Shown piece by piece: positions 41,055 to 49,074 of a stretch of 64,000 nucleotides of DNA (the stretch's first letter is position 1; the number at the start of each line of letters is the position of its first letter). Below the pieces are notes generated by a model that made no database searches, was not told where the DNA came from, and was given only the letters and a program-made list of their open reading frames with translations. Position numbers and translations under genes: made by a program. Origin of the DNA: Verrucomicrobiia bacterium (GTDB taxonomy: Bacteria > Omnitrophota > Omnitrophia > Omnitrophales > Aquincolibacteriaceae); the NCBI GenBank assembly GCA_035495615.1, contig DATJFP010000071.1, forward strand, positions 65,784 to 129,783. The letters run 5' to 3'.

Positions 41055-41074
41055 CCCATCAGGTTCAGCCAACC

Positions 41075-42196
41075 ATGGACTCACGGGACCTCCCATCCCT
41101 TCTCGTGCTCAACCAGCTGTCCGCGGGCGCCGTCGCGCGCGAGTGGACAGACTTGCTTTTGAGCGGCGAATCCGCGTCGCGCCTCTTGAAGAAAATCCGC
41201 GAGGAAAATTTCGCGGGCAAAAGAGACGCGCTTGTGCAGCTGGAAAGACGCTTTGACCCGTACCGGGAAATCGAGGCCTGTCTGTCCGCGAAGGTCTCGC
41301 TGGTTGCGATCACCGATCCCGCTTATCCCGCCTTGCTGCGCGAGATTTACGACCCGCCGCTTGTCCTCTATGTCAAAGGCAGCCTGGTGCAGGAAGATGC
41401 CGCTGCGCTTGCCGTCGTCGGATCGCGGCATGCGACGGCCTATGGCCTGTATCACGCGCGCTCTTTTTCTTCGGAAATCGCGGCGGCCGGATGGACCATC
41501 GTTTCGGGCCTTGCCCGCGGCATCGACCAGGCCGCGCATGAAGGTGCGCTGCAGACGGCGCGGGGCCGCACCGTGGCCGTTCTCGGCTGCGGCGTGGACG
41601 TGGTTTACCCGCGCGAGAGCCGCCGGCTGTATGAGGAAATCGGCGAGCGGGGAGCGGTGCTGAGCGAATTTTCGCTTGGCTCGCTTCCTCTGCCGCATCA
41701 CTTTCCCCGCAGGAACAGAATTATTTCCGGACTCTCGCTCGGCGTCTGGGTCGTCGAAGCTCATGTGAAAAGCGGTTCGCTGATTACTGCCCGCGAAGCC
41801 CTGGAGCAGGGGCGGGAAGTCTTTGCCATGCCGGGCAGGATCGACCAGCTCACATCGAGCGGAACGCACCAGCTTCTCCGCGACGGCGCGATTCTCGTGG
41901 ACAGCGTCGAATCGATCTTGGTTCCCCTGGCCCAGGCCACGGTAAACTTCAGGGAACCCGGCCGCCTGTTTGCCGCGCACGCGGCGGCTGGAAAACCTGC
42001 AGCACCTTCTGCAGCGGCGCCGTCCCTTCGCGAACAGGATCTCATCAGCTCTTTATTAAAGGAAGGGGACCTGACTCCGGACGAGATCGCGGACAAATTG
42101 GGCTTAGGCACCGCGGATCTCGCGGGCCGGCTGATGGAACTCGAACTTGGCGGAGCCGTCAAAAAAAAGCCGAACGGCCGCTTTGCGCTGCGTTGA
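41075..42196 (+). CDS. dprA: DNA-processing protein DprA (Smf)
   Basis: DprA Rossmann-like core (VVGSR...GIDQAAH...GVDVVYP...SEF..G) plus a C-terminal winged-helix-like tail. Confidence 0.85.
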   Translation: MDSRDLPSLLVLNQLSAGAVAREWTDLLLSGESASRLLKKIREENFAGKRDALVQLERRFDPYREIEACLSAKVSLVAITDPAYPALLREIYDPPLVLYVKGSLVQEDAAALAVVGSRHATAYGLYHARSFSSEIAAAGWTIVSGLARGIDQAAHEGALQTARGRTVAVLGCGVDVVYPRESRRLYEEIGERGAVLSEFSLGSLPLPHHFPRRNRIISGLSLGVWVVEAHVKSGSLITAREALEQGREVFAMPGRIDQLTSSGTHQLLRDGAILVDSVESILVPLAQATVNFREPGRLFAAHAAAGKPAAPSAAAPSLREQDLISSLLKEGDLTPDEIADKLGLGTADLAGRLMELELGGAVKKKPNGRFALR

Positions 42197-42322
42197 AAAC
42201 GAAAGATACGGCTTTTTAAGCAGTTTAACTTTCATTAAAGATGTTTGCAGCCCCGGCCGTAACAGGTTATAGTATTTCCAGTGCTTTTATTGTCTTTAAA
42301 AACACGATGAAAGGAGTTTCAT

Positions 42323-42742
42323 ATGGAACCCGTGAGTGGTGAAGTGGTTAGCCAGTCGGTACCGGCGCCAAAAGGCCGCCGTTTTGCAGCGGCGTTTATC
42401 GACTTGTTCATTATCCCGATCGTTCTGGGATTGATCATCGGCTTGATGATCATCACGGTTCCTGATGCCGTGCGCAGCGTGATTCTGGTCGTGGTTAACA
42501 TTGCCTGGCTTGTTTTTCGCGATACGGTTTATTCGCCGGGACGCGCCATGGTCGGAACCAAGCTGGTCAGCCTCACGGGCCCGAAAGTCACGGTAAGCCA
42601 GGCTTTCGTCCGCAACATCCTCATCGTGATTCCGTTTCTGCTGGTGGCCGGCTACATCGTCGAGATCATTTCTTTGATGACCAAGGGCGAGCGCGTCGCC
42701 GACGTCTGGGCCAAAACCCGGGTGGTGAGCGTCAACGGTTAA
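42323..42742 (+). CDS. RDD-family membrane protein
   Basis: RDD-type pattern (R..AAFIDLFII...WLVFRD...GRAMVGTKLV). Its promoter is TTGCAG-N17-TATAGT at about 42247-42275. Confidence 0.65.
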   Translation: MEPVSGEVVSQSVPAPKGRRFAAAFIDLFIIPIVLGLIIGLMIITVPDAVRSVILVVVNIAWLVFRDTVYSPGRAMVGTKLVSLTGPKVTVSQAFVRNILIVIPFLLVAGYIVEIISLMTKGERVADVWAKTRVVSVNG

Positions 42743-42797
42743 GCAAAGGCGAAAGTCTTTGGCCCATGAAAAATAACAGGTTACGACAGGAATAACG

Positions 42798-42830
42798 GAA
42801 ACCCCCTTCGCAGGAAGGGGGTTTTTTGTT
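42798..42830 (+). terminator. rho-independent terminator after the RDD gene
   Basis: Hairpin CCCCCTT-cgcagg-AAGGGGG followed by TTTTTTGTT. Confidence 0.75.
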
Positions 42831-42911
42831 CGATTCCGAGCATTGTTTGCCAAACCGCGTCATGATAAACTTGGATAGATTAAGGCGAGAGCATTTCAAG
42901 GCCTTCAAGAG

Positions 42912-43334
42912 ATGGACCCTATCGTGAAAAAAAATCCGAATCAAGGCCCACGGAAGCCGAAAAAGAAGAATACGCAGGCGGAAAATGCCGCCCAGGCCCT
43001 GCAAAATGCCCTCTCGCTCCATTCTGAATTGGCCGCCCTCAAAAAAGACGCCAAAAAAAGAACAGACGAAAACAAGGCCATTCAGGAAAGAATCCAGGAT
43101 ATCGAGATTCACGTCAATCTTCTAACGCGCTTGCTCACAACGCTTTGCGTCGAAAAGTTCGGAATGCGGGTAGGCGTGCTGAAGCGGCTGATCAAGCGAA
43201 TCGAAAAAGAAGCGATCCGGGATTCTCAAATCCTTCACCTGGAATCTCTCTACAATCTTTCCCCGAACGCGGAAAAAAAAGACGAAGAAACGCCGCCGCC
43301 GGCGAAAGACGATCCGTGGGAAGATATCGCTTAA
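42912..43334 (+). CDS. hypothetical protein, Lys-rich N-terminus + predicted coiled coil, acidic C-terminus
   Basis: ORF only; no recognisable family. Confidence 0.4.
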   Translation: MDPIVKKNPNQGPRKPKKKNTQAENAAQALQNALSLHSELAALKKDAKKRTDENKAIQERIQDIEIHVNLLTRLLTTLCVEKFGMRVGVLKRLIKRIEKEAIRDSQILHLESLYNLSPNAEKKDEETPPPAKDDPWEDIA

Positions 43335-43416
43335 TTTTGCCTTCTGCCCGTTTTTCCTGCTCCGCTTGTAACCCTTTCGGCAATAGCCAGTTATAAACGT
43401 CCTATAATCGAAATTG

Positions 43417-43444
43417 TTTACAACCCATCTTTTTCTGCTACAAT
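43417..43444 (+). promoter_or_regulatory. sigma-70-like promoter TTTACA-N16-TACAAT upstream of the ThiS-like gene and topA
   Basis: Hexamers at 43417-43422 and 43439-43444. Confidence 0.4.
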
Positions 43445-43478
43445 GTGCCGTTAAATTGGCAGCGGAGTGCTATCTTTT

Positions 43479-43694
43479 ATGGAAATATTCGTCAACGGTG
43501 ACAAGCGGCAGATCCATTCCGGCTGGAATGTCGGGATGCTCTTAAAGGAATTTCACGTGGATCCCCGCAGCGTGGTCGTAGAACATAATGAAGTCGTGCT
43601 CTCGCGGAGCCATTTCGACGAAACGCTCCTGGCCGAGGGGGACAAAATTGAAATCGTACGGTTCATCGGAGGGGGCAGCATTCATGGCCGGTAA
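43479..43694 (+). CDS. ThiS/MoaD-like beta-grasp sulfur-carrier-type protein with a 5-residue extension after the GG motif
   Basis: MEIFVNGDKRQI...GDKIEIVRFIGGG-SIHGR. Its GGG codons form the SD (GGAGGGGG) of topA, whose ATG lies 11 nt inside this ORF. Confidence 0.55.
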   Translation: MEIFVNGDKRQIHSGWNVGMLLKEFHVDPRSVVVEHNEVVLSRSHFDETLLAEGDKIEIVRFIGGGSIHGR

Positions 43695-45810
43695 AACCAA
43701 GGCGGAGCCGAAGAAAACCTCCCGCGGCGCCAAGAATCTCGTCATCGTCGAATCTCCCGCCAAAGCCAAGACCATCAACAAATTCCTCGGCAAGAACTTC
43801 CAGGTCGAAGCGTCCATGGGGCATGTCCGCGATCTCCCCAAGAGCAAGATGGGCATCGACGTCCAGAACGACTTCACGCCGCATTACGTCATCGTGGCCA
43901 AGTCCCGCAAAATCGTCAGCCACCTGAAAAAGCAGGCCAAGGGAAAAGAGAATATCTACCTCGCGCCTGACCCTGACCGCGAGGGCGAAGCCATCAGCTG
44001 GCACCTGGCCCATATCTTAAAGGAAGCTGACGGCGAGGTGGCCATCCGGCGCGTGGTGTTCAACGAAATCACCAAAGAAGCGGTGCAGAAGGCTTTCGAA
44101 AAAACGCGCGAGATCGAAATGAATCTCGTCAACTCGCAGCAGGCGCGCCGAATCCTCGACCGCGTTGTGGGCTACGAGCTCAGTCCGCTTCTCTGGCACA
44201 AAGTCGGACGGGGACTGAGCGCGGGACGCGTGCAGTCCGTGGCGCTGCGCCTCATCGTCGAGCGCGAGCGCGAAATCCGCAAATTCGTCCCGCAGGAATA
44301 CTGGAGCCTGGAAGCGAAGCTGTCGCCCGAAGACCCCAAGCGTTCTGACAAAGCTTTCATCGCCAAGCTGGAAAAAATCGGCGACGAAAAAGCGGACCTG
44401 AAAAATAAAGAGCAGACCAAAAAGATCCGCGACGAAATCCTGACGCTTCCGTTCAAGGTCGACAAGCTCGAGAAGAAAGAGCGCAAGCGCCTGCCGCAGG
44501 CGCCGTACACCACCAGCAAGCTGCAGCAGGAAGCCTTCAACCGGCTCGGCTTTCCCGCGGCCAAGACCATGAGCATCGCCCAGAAACTTTACGAAGGTAT
44601 CGAGATCGGGGACGAAGGCAGCGTCGGTCTTATCACGTACATGAGAACGGACTCCGTGAACATTGCAGTGTCCGCGCAGGCGGAAGCCTCGGCTTTTATC
44701 AAAGAAAAATACGGCGACAATTATCTGCCGGAAAAACCGCCGGTCTATAAATCGAAAAAAGGCGCGCAGGAAGCGCACGAAGCCATTCGCCCTTCGTCCA
44801 TCCGCCGCGATCCCGAGGATATCAAGTCCTTCCTGTCCGACGACGAGTACCGGCTTTACCGTTTGATCTGGAGAAAATTCGTCTCCTCGCAGATGATGCC
44901 CGCCATCGACGAGCATGTCGTCCTGTGGACCGTGGCCGGCGAAAAATATTATTTCAAGACCACCGGCCGCCGGAACCTCTTTCCCGGTTTCAGCGCGGTG
45001 TTCGAGGACGTGAAAAAGCCGGAAGAAGACAAAAAGGAAGGCGACGAGGAAGACGCCGACGAGTTGAATAAAGACCTTCCCGAGCTAATTATGGGGGAGG
45101 CGCTCAAGCTCCATGAGTTGATCGGCTACCAGCATTTCACGAAGCCGCCCGCGCGCTTCAACGATGCGAGCCTCGTGAAAATCCTCGAAGAAAGAGGGAT
45201 CGGCCGTCCCAGCACGTACGCGCCCACGATCCATACGCTGCTTTACCGCGATTACGTCACGCGCCGCGGCACGGCGCTCATGCCCACGGAGCTCGGCGAA
45301 AAAGTCCTCGACCTGCTGGTGGAATATTTCCCCAGCATTCTCGATGTCCAGTTCACCGCGAACATGGAAGAAGAGCTCGATAAAATCGAAGAAGGGGACC
45401 TGGAATGGGTCGCGGTCCTGAAACAATTTTACAAGCCTTTCGAGGAAAGCCTTACGGCCGCCCGCGCGCAGATGCAGAACCTGAAGCAGGAGCCGGTGCC
45501 CACGGAATTCAAATGCGACATCTGCGGCAAGCAGATGCTGGAAAAGAACGGGCGTTTCGGCAAGTTTCTGGCGTGCTCGGGCTTTCCGGACTGCCGCTAC
45601 ACGCGGTCCATGCCGACCGGCTTCCGCTGTCCGGTCGAAGGCTGCGGCGGCGAGCTCGTGAAGAGAATGTCCAAGATGCGCCGCGCCTTTTACGGCTGTT
45701 CGAAATATCCCACGTGCACGCACATCGAGAACAAGCTTCCGAAAAAGGAAGGCGAGCCTGACGAGCCCGAAAAGGCCGCGGAAAAGCAGCTCGAGAGGCT
45801 CGGGCCATGA
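43684..45810 (+). CDS. topA: DNA topoisomerase I (with C-terminal zinc-ribbon repeats)
   Basis: TOPRIM (LVIVESPAKAKTI) and the topo IA core. C4 zinc ribbons (CDICGK...CSGFPDC). Start at the MAGKTK ATG with a strong SD. Confidence 0.9.
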   Translation: MAGKTKAEPKKTSRGAKNLVIVESPAKAKTINKFLGKNFQVEASMGHVRDLPKSKMGIDVQNDFTPHYVIVAKSRKIVSHLKKQAKGKENIYLAPDPDREGEAISWHLAHILKEADGEVAIRRVVFNEITKEAVQKAFEKTREIEMNLVNSQQARRILDRVVGYELSPLLWHKVGRGLSAGRVQSVALRLIVEREREIRKFVPQEYWSLEAKLSPEDPKRSDKAFIAKLEKIGDEKADLKNKEQTKKIRDEILTLPFKVDKLEKKERKRLPQAPYTTSKLQQEAFNRLGFPAAKTMSIAQKLYEGIEIGDEGSVGLITYMRTDSVNIAVSAQAEASAFIKEKYGDNYLPEKPPVYKSKKGAQEAHEAIRPSSIRRDPEDIKSFLSDDEYRLYRLIWRKFVSSQMMPAIDEHVVLWTVAGEKYYFKTTGRRNLFPGFSAVFEDVKKPEEDKKEGDEEDADELNKDLPELIMGEALKLHELIGYQHFTKPPARFNDASLVKILEERGIGRPSTYAPTIHTLLYRDYVTRRGTALMPTELGEKVLDLLVEYFPSILDVQFTANMEEELDKIEEGDLEWVAVLKQFYKPFEESLTAARAQMQNLKQEPVPTEFKCDICGKQMLEKNGRFGKFLACSGFPDCRYTRSMPTGFRCPVEGCGGELVKRMSKMRRAFYGCSKYPTCTHIENKLPKKEGEPDEPEKAAEKQLERLGP

Positions 45811-46685
45811 TCGAAACGAACGTTGAGTCCTTCCTGAATTTCCTGACTGCGGAAAAAAACGCCTCGCCCCACACGATCAAAAACTACGCCGTCGATCTCC
45901 GCGAGTTCGTCCAGTTCTTCGGCAAGAAAAGTTCCTCGGAAGTCTCCTATGTCGACATCCGCTCGTTCCTGGCCGTCCTGAAAAATAAAAATTATTCGAA
46001 GAGCACGATCTCGCGGAAGCTGGCCTGCCTCCGGTCTTTTTTCAAGTTCCTGGCCCGGGAAAATCACATCCCGACCAATCCCGCGGCGGGCATTGCCACG
46101 CCGAAGCGTGAAAAAAGGCTTCCCCAGTTCCTGGATGCCGAAGAAGTCGTGAAGCTTATGGAAGCGCCTTCCCGCGACACGTGGGAGGAAAAGCGCGACC
46201 GCGCGATCCTGGAAACACTCTACACTTCCGGGCTGCGCGTGAGCGAGCTGGTCGGACTCAACCAGGAGGACGTGGACTTTTTCGGCGGGCTCGTGCGCGT
46301 CCGGGGCAAAGGGAAAAAAGAGCGGATCGTGCCGCTCGGACAGATGGCGCTGAAGGCGCTGCGTTCCTATTTGGATCACAAGGCGCTCAGGGAGCGGGCC
46401 ATGATCAAGTCGCCGCTTTATCTCAACAGGTCCGGCGGCCGCCTGACCGACCGCAGCGTGCGCCGCATGATTTTGAAATACGTCCGCCGCATCTCACTCA
46501 AAAAGGAAGTCTCGCCTCACACGCTGAGGCATTCGTTCGCAACGCACATGCTCGACAAGGGCGCGGACCTCCGGAGCGTCCAGGAATTATTGGGGCATGA
46601 AAATTTGTCCACGACCCAGATCTACACGCATGTCACCACGAAGCGGCTCAAGGAAGCTTACGACGCTGCCCATCCCCGTGCTTGA
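45807..46685 (+). CDS. xerC: tyrosine site-specific recombinase XerC/XerD
   Basis: Catalytic R..H.R.Y motifs (RHSFATHML, LGHENLSTTQIYTHV). Overlaps topA by ATGA. Confidence 0.85.
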   Translation: MIETNVESFLNFLTAEKNASPHTIKNYAVDLREFVQFFGKKSSSEVSYVDIRSFLAVLKNKNYSKSTISRKLACLRSFFKFLARENHIPTNPAAGIATPKREKRLPQFLDAEEVVKLMEAPSRDTWEEKRDRAILETLYTSGLRVSELVGLNQEDVDFFGGLVRVRGKGKKERIVPLGQMALKALRSYLDHKALRERAMIKSPLYLNRSGGRLTDRSVRRMILKYVRRISLKKEVSPHTLRHSFATHMLDKGADLRSVQELLGHENLSTTQIYTHVTTKRLKEAYDAAHPRA

Positions 46686-46704
46686 AGTTCCAAAGGACTA
46701 GACG

Positions 46705-48021
46705 ATGCTTTTTTTGTATAACCTGGCTTATTTCGTGATGTCGCTTTTTTACCTGCCTTCTTTCGCGGTTCGTCTGCGGCAGGCCGACAACGCGCCGCAG
46801 CTGGTCAAGCAGCGGTTCGGGATCCTCGAGCCCGCGTGGAAAGAGCGCCTCATCGGAAAGAAAATTATCTGGGTCCATGCCGTGAGCGTGGGCGAAGTGC
46901 TCGCCGTCGAGAATTTTCTCCGGCGCCTGCTGGTCTCGTTTCCCGGCATTCACGTGGTGCTCAGCACGGTCACGCCCACGGGACAGAAGATGGCGCAGAA
47001 GATCAAAGACGAGAGGATCTCGGCCGTTTATTTCCCCTTCGATTTTTCTTTCGCGGTCCGGAGTTTTTTCCGCGAGCTGGAACCGGAATGCGTGATCCTC
47101 GCGGAAACGGAAATGTGGCCGAACCTTCTCGCGGAAGCCGGACGCTTCCGCGTTCCCGTGGGCATCGTGAACGCGCGCCTTTCGCCGCGCTCGGCTAAAA
47201 ACTACGGACGCTTTTCCTGGATTTTCCGCCCTCTATTCGGAGCGCTTGCTTTCGTCATGGCCCAGACTGACGCCGATGCGGAGCGCTTTCAGCAGCTCGG
47301 CACGGCTCCCGAAAGAATCCGCGTCATGGGCAACATGAAATACGATAACGTGGAGCTTGGCAAGGACAGGGCCTCGCTTTCCCGGCGCTTCCGCGCGCAG
47401 TGGGGAATTCCTGAGACCTCGCGTGTCCTCGTGGCCGGCAGCACGCATCCGGGCGAAGAAAAAATCCTGGGCCAGGTGCTTTCCAGCCTGCGGGAAAAAG
47501 GTTCCGATTATGCCGACGTGAAGATGATCGTCGCGCCGCGCCACATCGAGCGCTCGCACGCGCTTGCCAAGGAGCTTACGGCCATGGGCCTGAGGACGGC
47601 GCTGGCCACGGAATATAAAGAAGGCGCGGAATTCGAAGTCCTGCTCGTGGACCAGCTTGGCGTTTTGAAGGACCTTTACGCCATGGCCGACGTGGTGTTC
47701 ATGGGAGGCAGCCTCATTCCCAAGGGCGGCCAGAATCCCATTGAGCCCGCGGCGTTCGAGCGCGCGCTGACGCACGGGCCGTATGTTTTCAATTTTGAAC
47801 GCGTCTATCGCGTCCTCGGCGACGAAGGCGGGGCCGTGATGGTGCGCGACGAAGACGACCTGCTTTTTGCTTTGGAAAGATTGCTTTCTCATCCCGCGGA
47901 GCTCGTCTCCCTGGGAAAAAATGCTTGTCAGACCGTGCGCTCGCTTCGCGGGGCCACGGACCGTTCCCTTGAATGGCTTGTCCAGCTTTTGGCCCCTGAG
48001 CCGCAACTAGTGAAAGGATGA
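46705..48021 (+). CDS. waaA: 3-deoxy-D-manno-octulosonic acid (Kdo) transferase
   Basis: WVHAVSVGE motif and a GT-B C-domain. Confidence 0.85.
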   Translation: MLFLYNLAYFVMSLFYLPSFAVRLRQADNAPQLVKQRFGILEPAWKERLIGKKIIWVHAVSVGEVLAVENFLRRLLVSFPGIHVVLSTVTPTGQKMAQKIKDERISAVYFPFDFSFAVRSFFRELEPECVILAETEMWPNLLAEAGRFRVPVGIVNARLSPRSAKNYGRFSWIFRPLFGALAFVMAQTDADAERFQQLGTAPERIRVMGNMKYDNVELGKDRASLSRRFRAQWGIPETSRVLVAGSTHPGEEKILGQVLSSLREKGSDYADVKMIVAPRHIERSHALAKELTAMGLRTALATEYKEGAEFEVLLVDQLGVLKDLYAMADVVFMGGSLIPKGGQNPIEPAAFERALTHGPYVFNFERVYRVLGDEGGAVMVRDEDDLLFALERLLSHPAELVSLGKNACQTVRSLRGATDRSLEWLVQLLAPEPQLVKG

Positions 48022-48024
48022 CTT

Positions 48025-49074
48025 ATGTCAGCACGGATTCGAAATTTTGTACGCCTTTTGACGGAAGACAAAATCCGCGGGCCTTTTTCCGGGATTCTTT
48101 ATTCGCTCGCGTCCTTTTTCTCGGGACTTTATGCCTACGCCGCCGGCGTCCGGAAAAATTTCTTTGACCAGAAAGTCTGGAAATCGGAAAAGCTGCCGTT
48201 TCCCGTCATCAGCGTCGGCAACCTGACCTGGGGCGGCAGCGGCAAGACGCCGCTCGTGGAGTATCTCGCTTACCGCATCAACGAACTCCAGAAGCGGGCG
48301 CTGGTCCTGACGCGCGGCTATAGCCACGACGAAATCGTGCAGTATAAAGAACATCTCCCGCACGTTTTGATCGGCGTTGGCAAGAACCGCGTGCAGACCG
48401 CTCAGAAAATCCTCCAGCAGCACAAGGTGGATCTCGGAATCCTGGACGACGGGTTCCAGCACTGGCCGATCGAAAGGGACATCGACGTCGTCACCGTCAA
48501 TTCGCTGAACCCTTTCGGCAACGAGCTGCTCATCCCGCGCGGGCCTCTGCGTGAACCCATCGTTGCGCTGAAGCGCGCTCACATTGTCGTGCTGACGCAC
48601 GTCAACCTCGTGAAGCCCGAAGAGCTGGACGCCCTGCGGCTGCGCGTGAAAGAGCTCGCGCCGGAGGCTGCCGTCGTGGAATCGTTCCTCGAGCCGCTCT
48701 TTTTTTACCGCGGGCAGAAAAAGCAGCGCATCCCTCTGGAAAGGCTCCAGAATCAGAAGGTGACCACGTTTTCCGGCGTGGGCGTGCCGCGTTCCTTTCA
48801 ATTGATCCTGGCCCAGCGGCAGATCCGCGCCGTCCGCAATTTCGAATTCACGGACCATTACCGGTTTACCCGCCGCGACCTCGAAGAAGTGAAATACGTC
48901 AGCGAAGCGGCCGCCAGCCAGGAAATCATCACGACGGAAAAAGATTTTTACCGTGCTCCCGACATGATCGCCAAGGTGCTGAACCCGCTTGTGCTGGCCA
49001 CGCGGCTGCGCATCGCGTCGGGCGAAGACATCCTGACGGGCGCGCTTTCCCGTCTTCTCGGAGCGAGCGTTTGA
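48025..49074 (+). CDS. lpxK: tetraacyldisaccharide 4'-kinase
   Basis: P-loop GNLTWGGSGKTP and LpxK-like length. Confidence 0.85.
   Translation: MSARIRNFVRLLTEDKIRGPFSGILYSLASFFSGLYAYAAGVRKNFFDQKVWKSEKLPFPVISVGNLTWGGSGKTPLVEYLAYRINELQKRALVLTRGYSHDEIVQYKEHLPHVLIGVGKNRVQTAQKILQQHKVDLGILDDGFQHWPIERDIDVVTVNSLNPFGNELLIPRGPLREPIVALKRAHIVVLTHVNLVKPEELDALRLRVKELAPEAAVVESFLEPLFFYRGQKKQRIPLERLQNQKVTTFSGVGVPRSFQLILAQRQIRAVRNFEFTDHYRFTRRDLEEVKYVSEAAASQEIITTEKDFYRAPDMIAKVLNPLVLATRLRIASGEDILTGALSRLLGASV

Noticed and set aside
45807-46685. Tyrosine recombinase as a marker of an integrated mobile element
   Set aside because: It is a XerC/XerD-type recombinase in the conserved dprA-topA-xerC housekeeping context. 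There is no flanking att-like repeat, tRNA or phage/IS gene.
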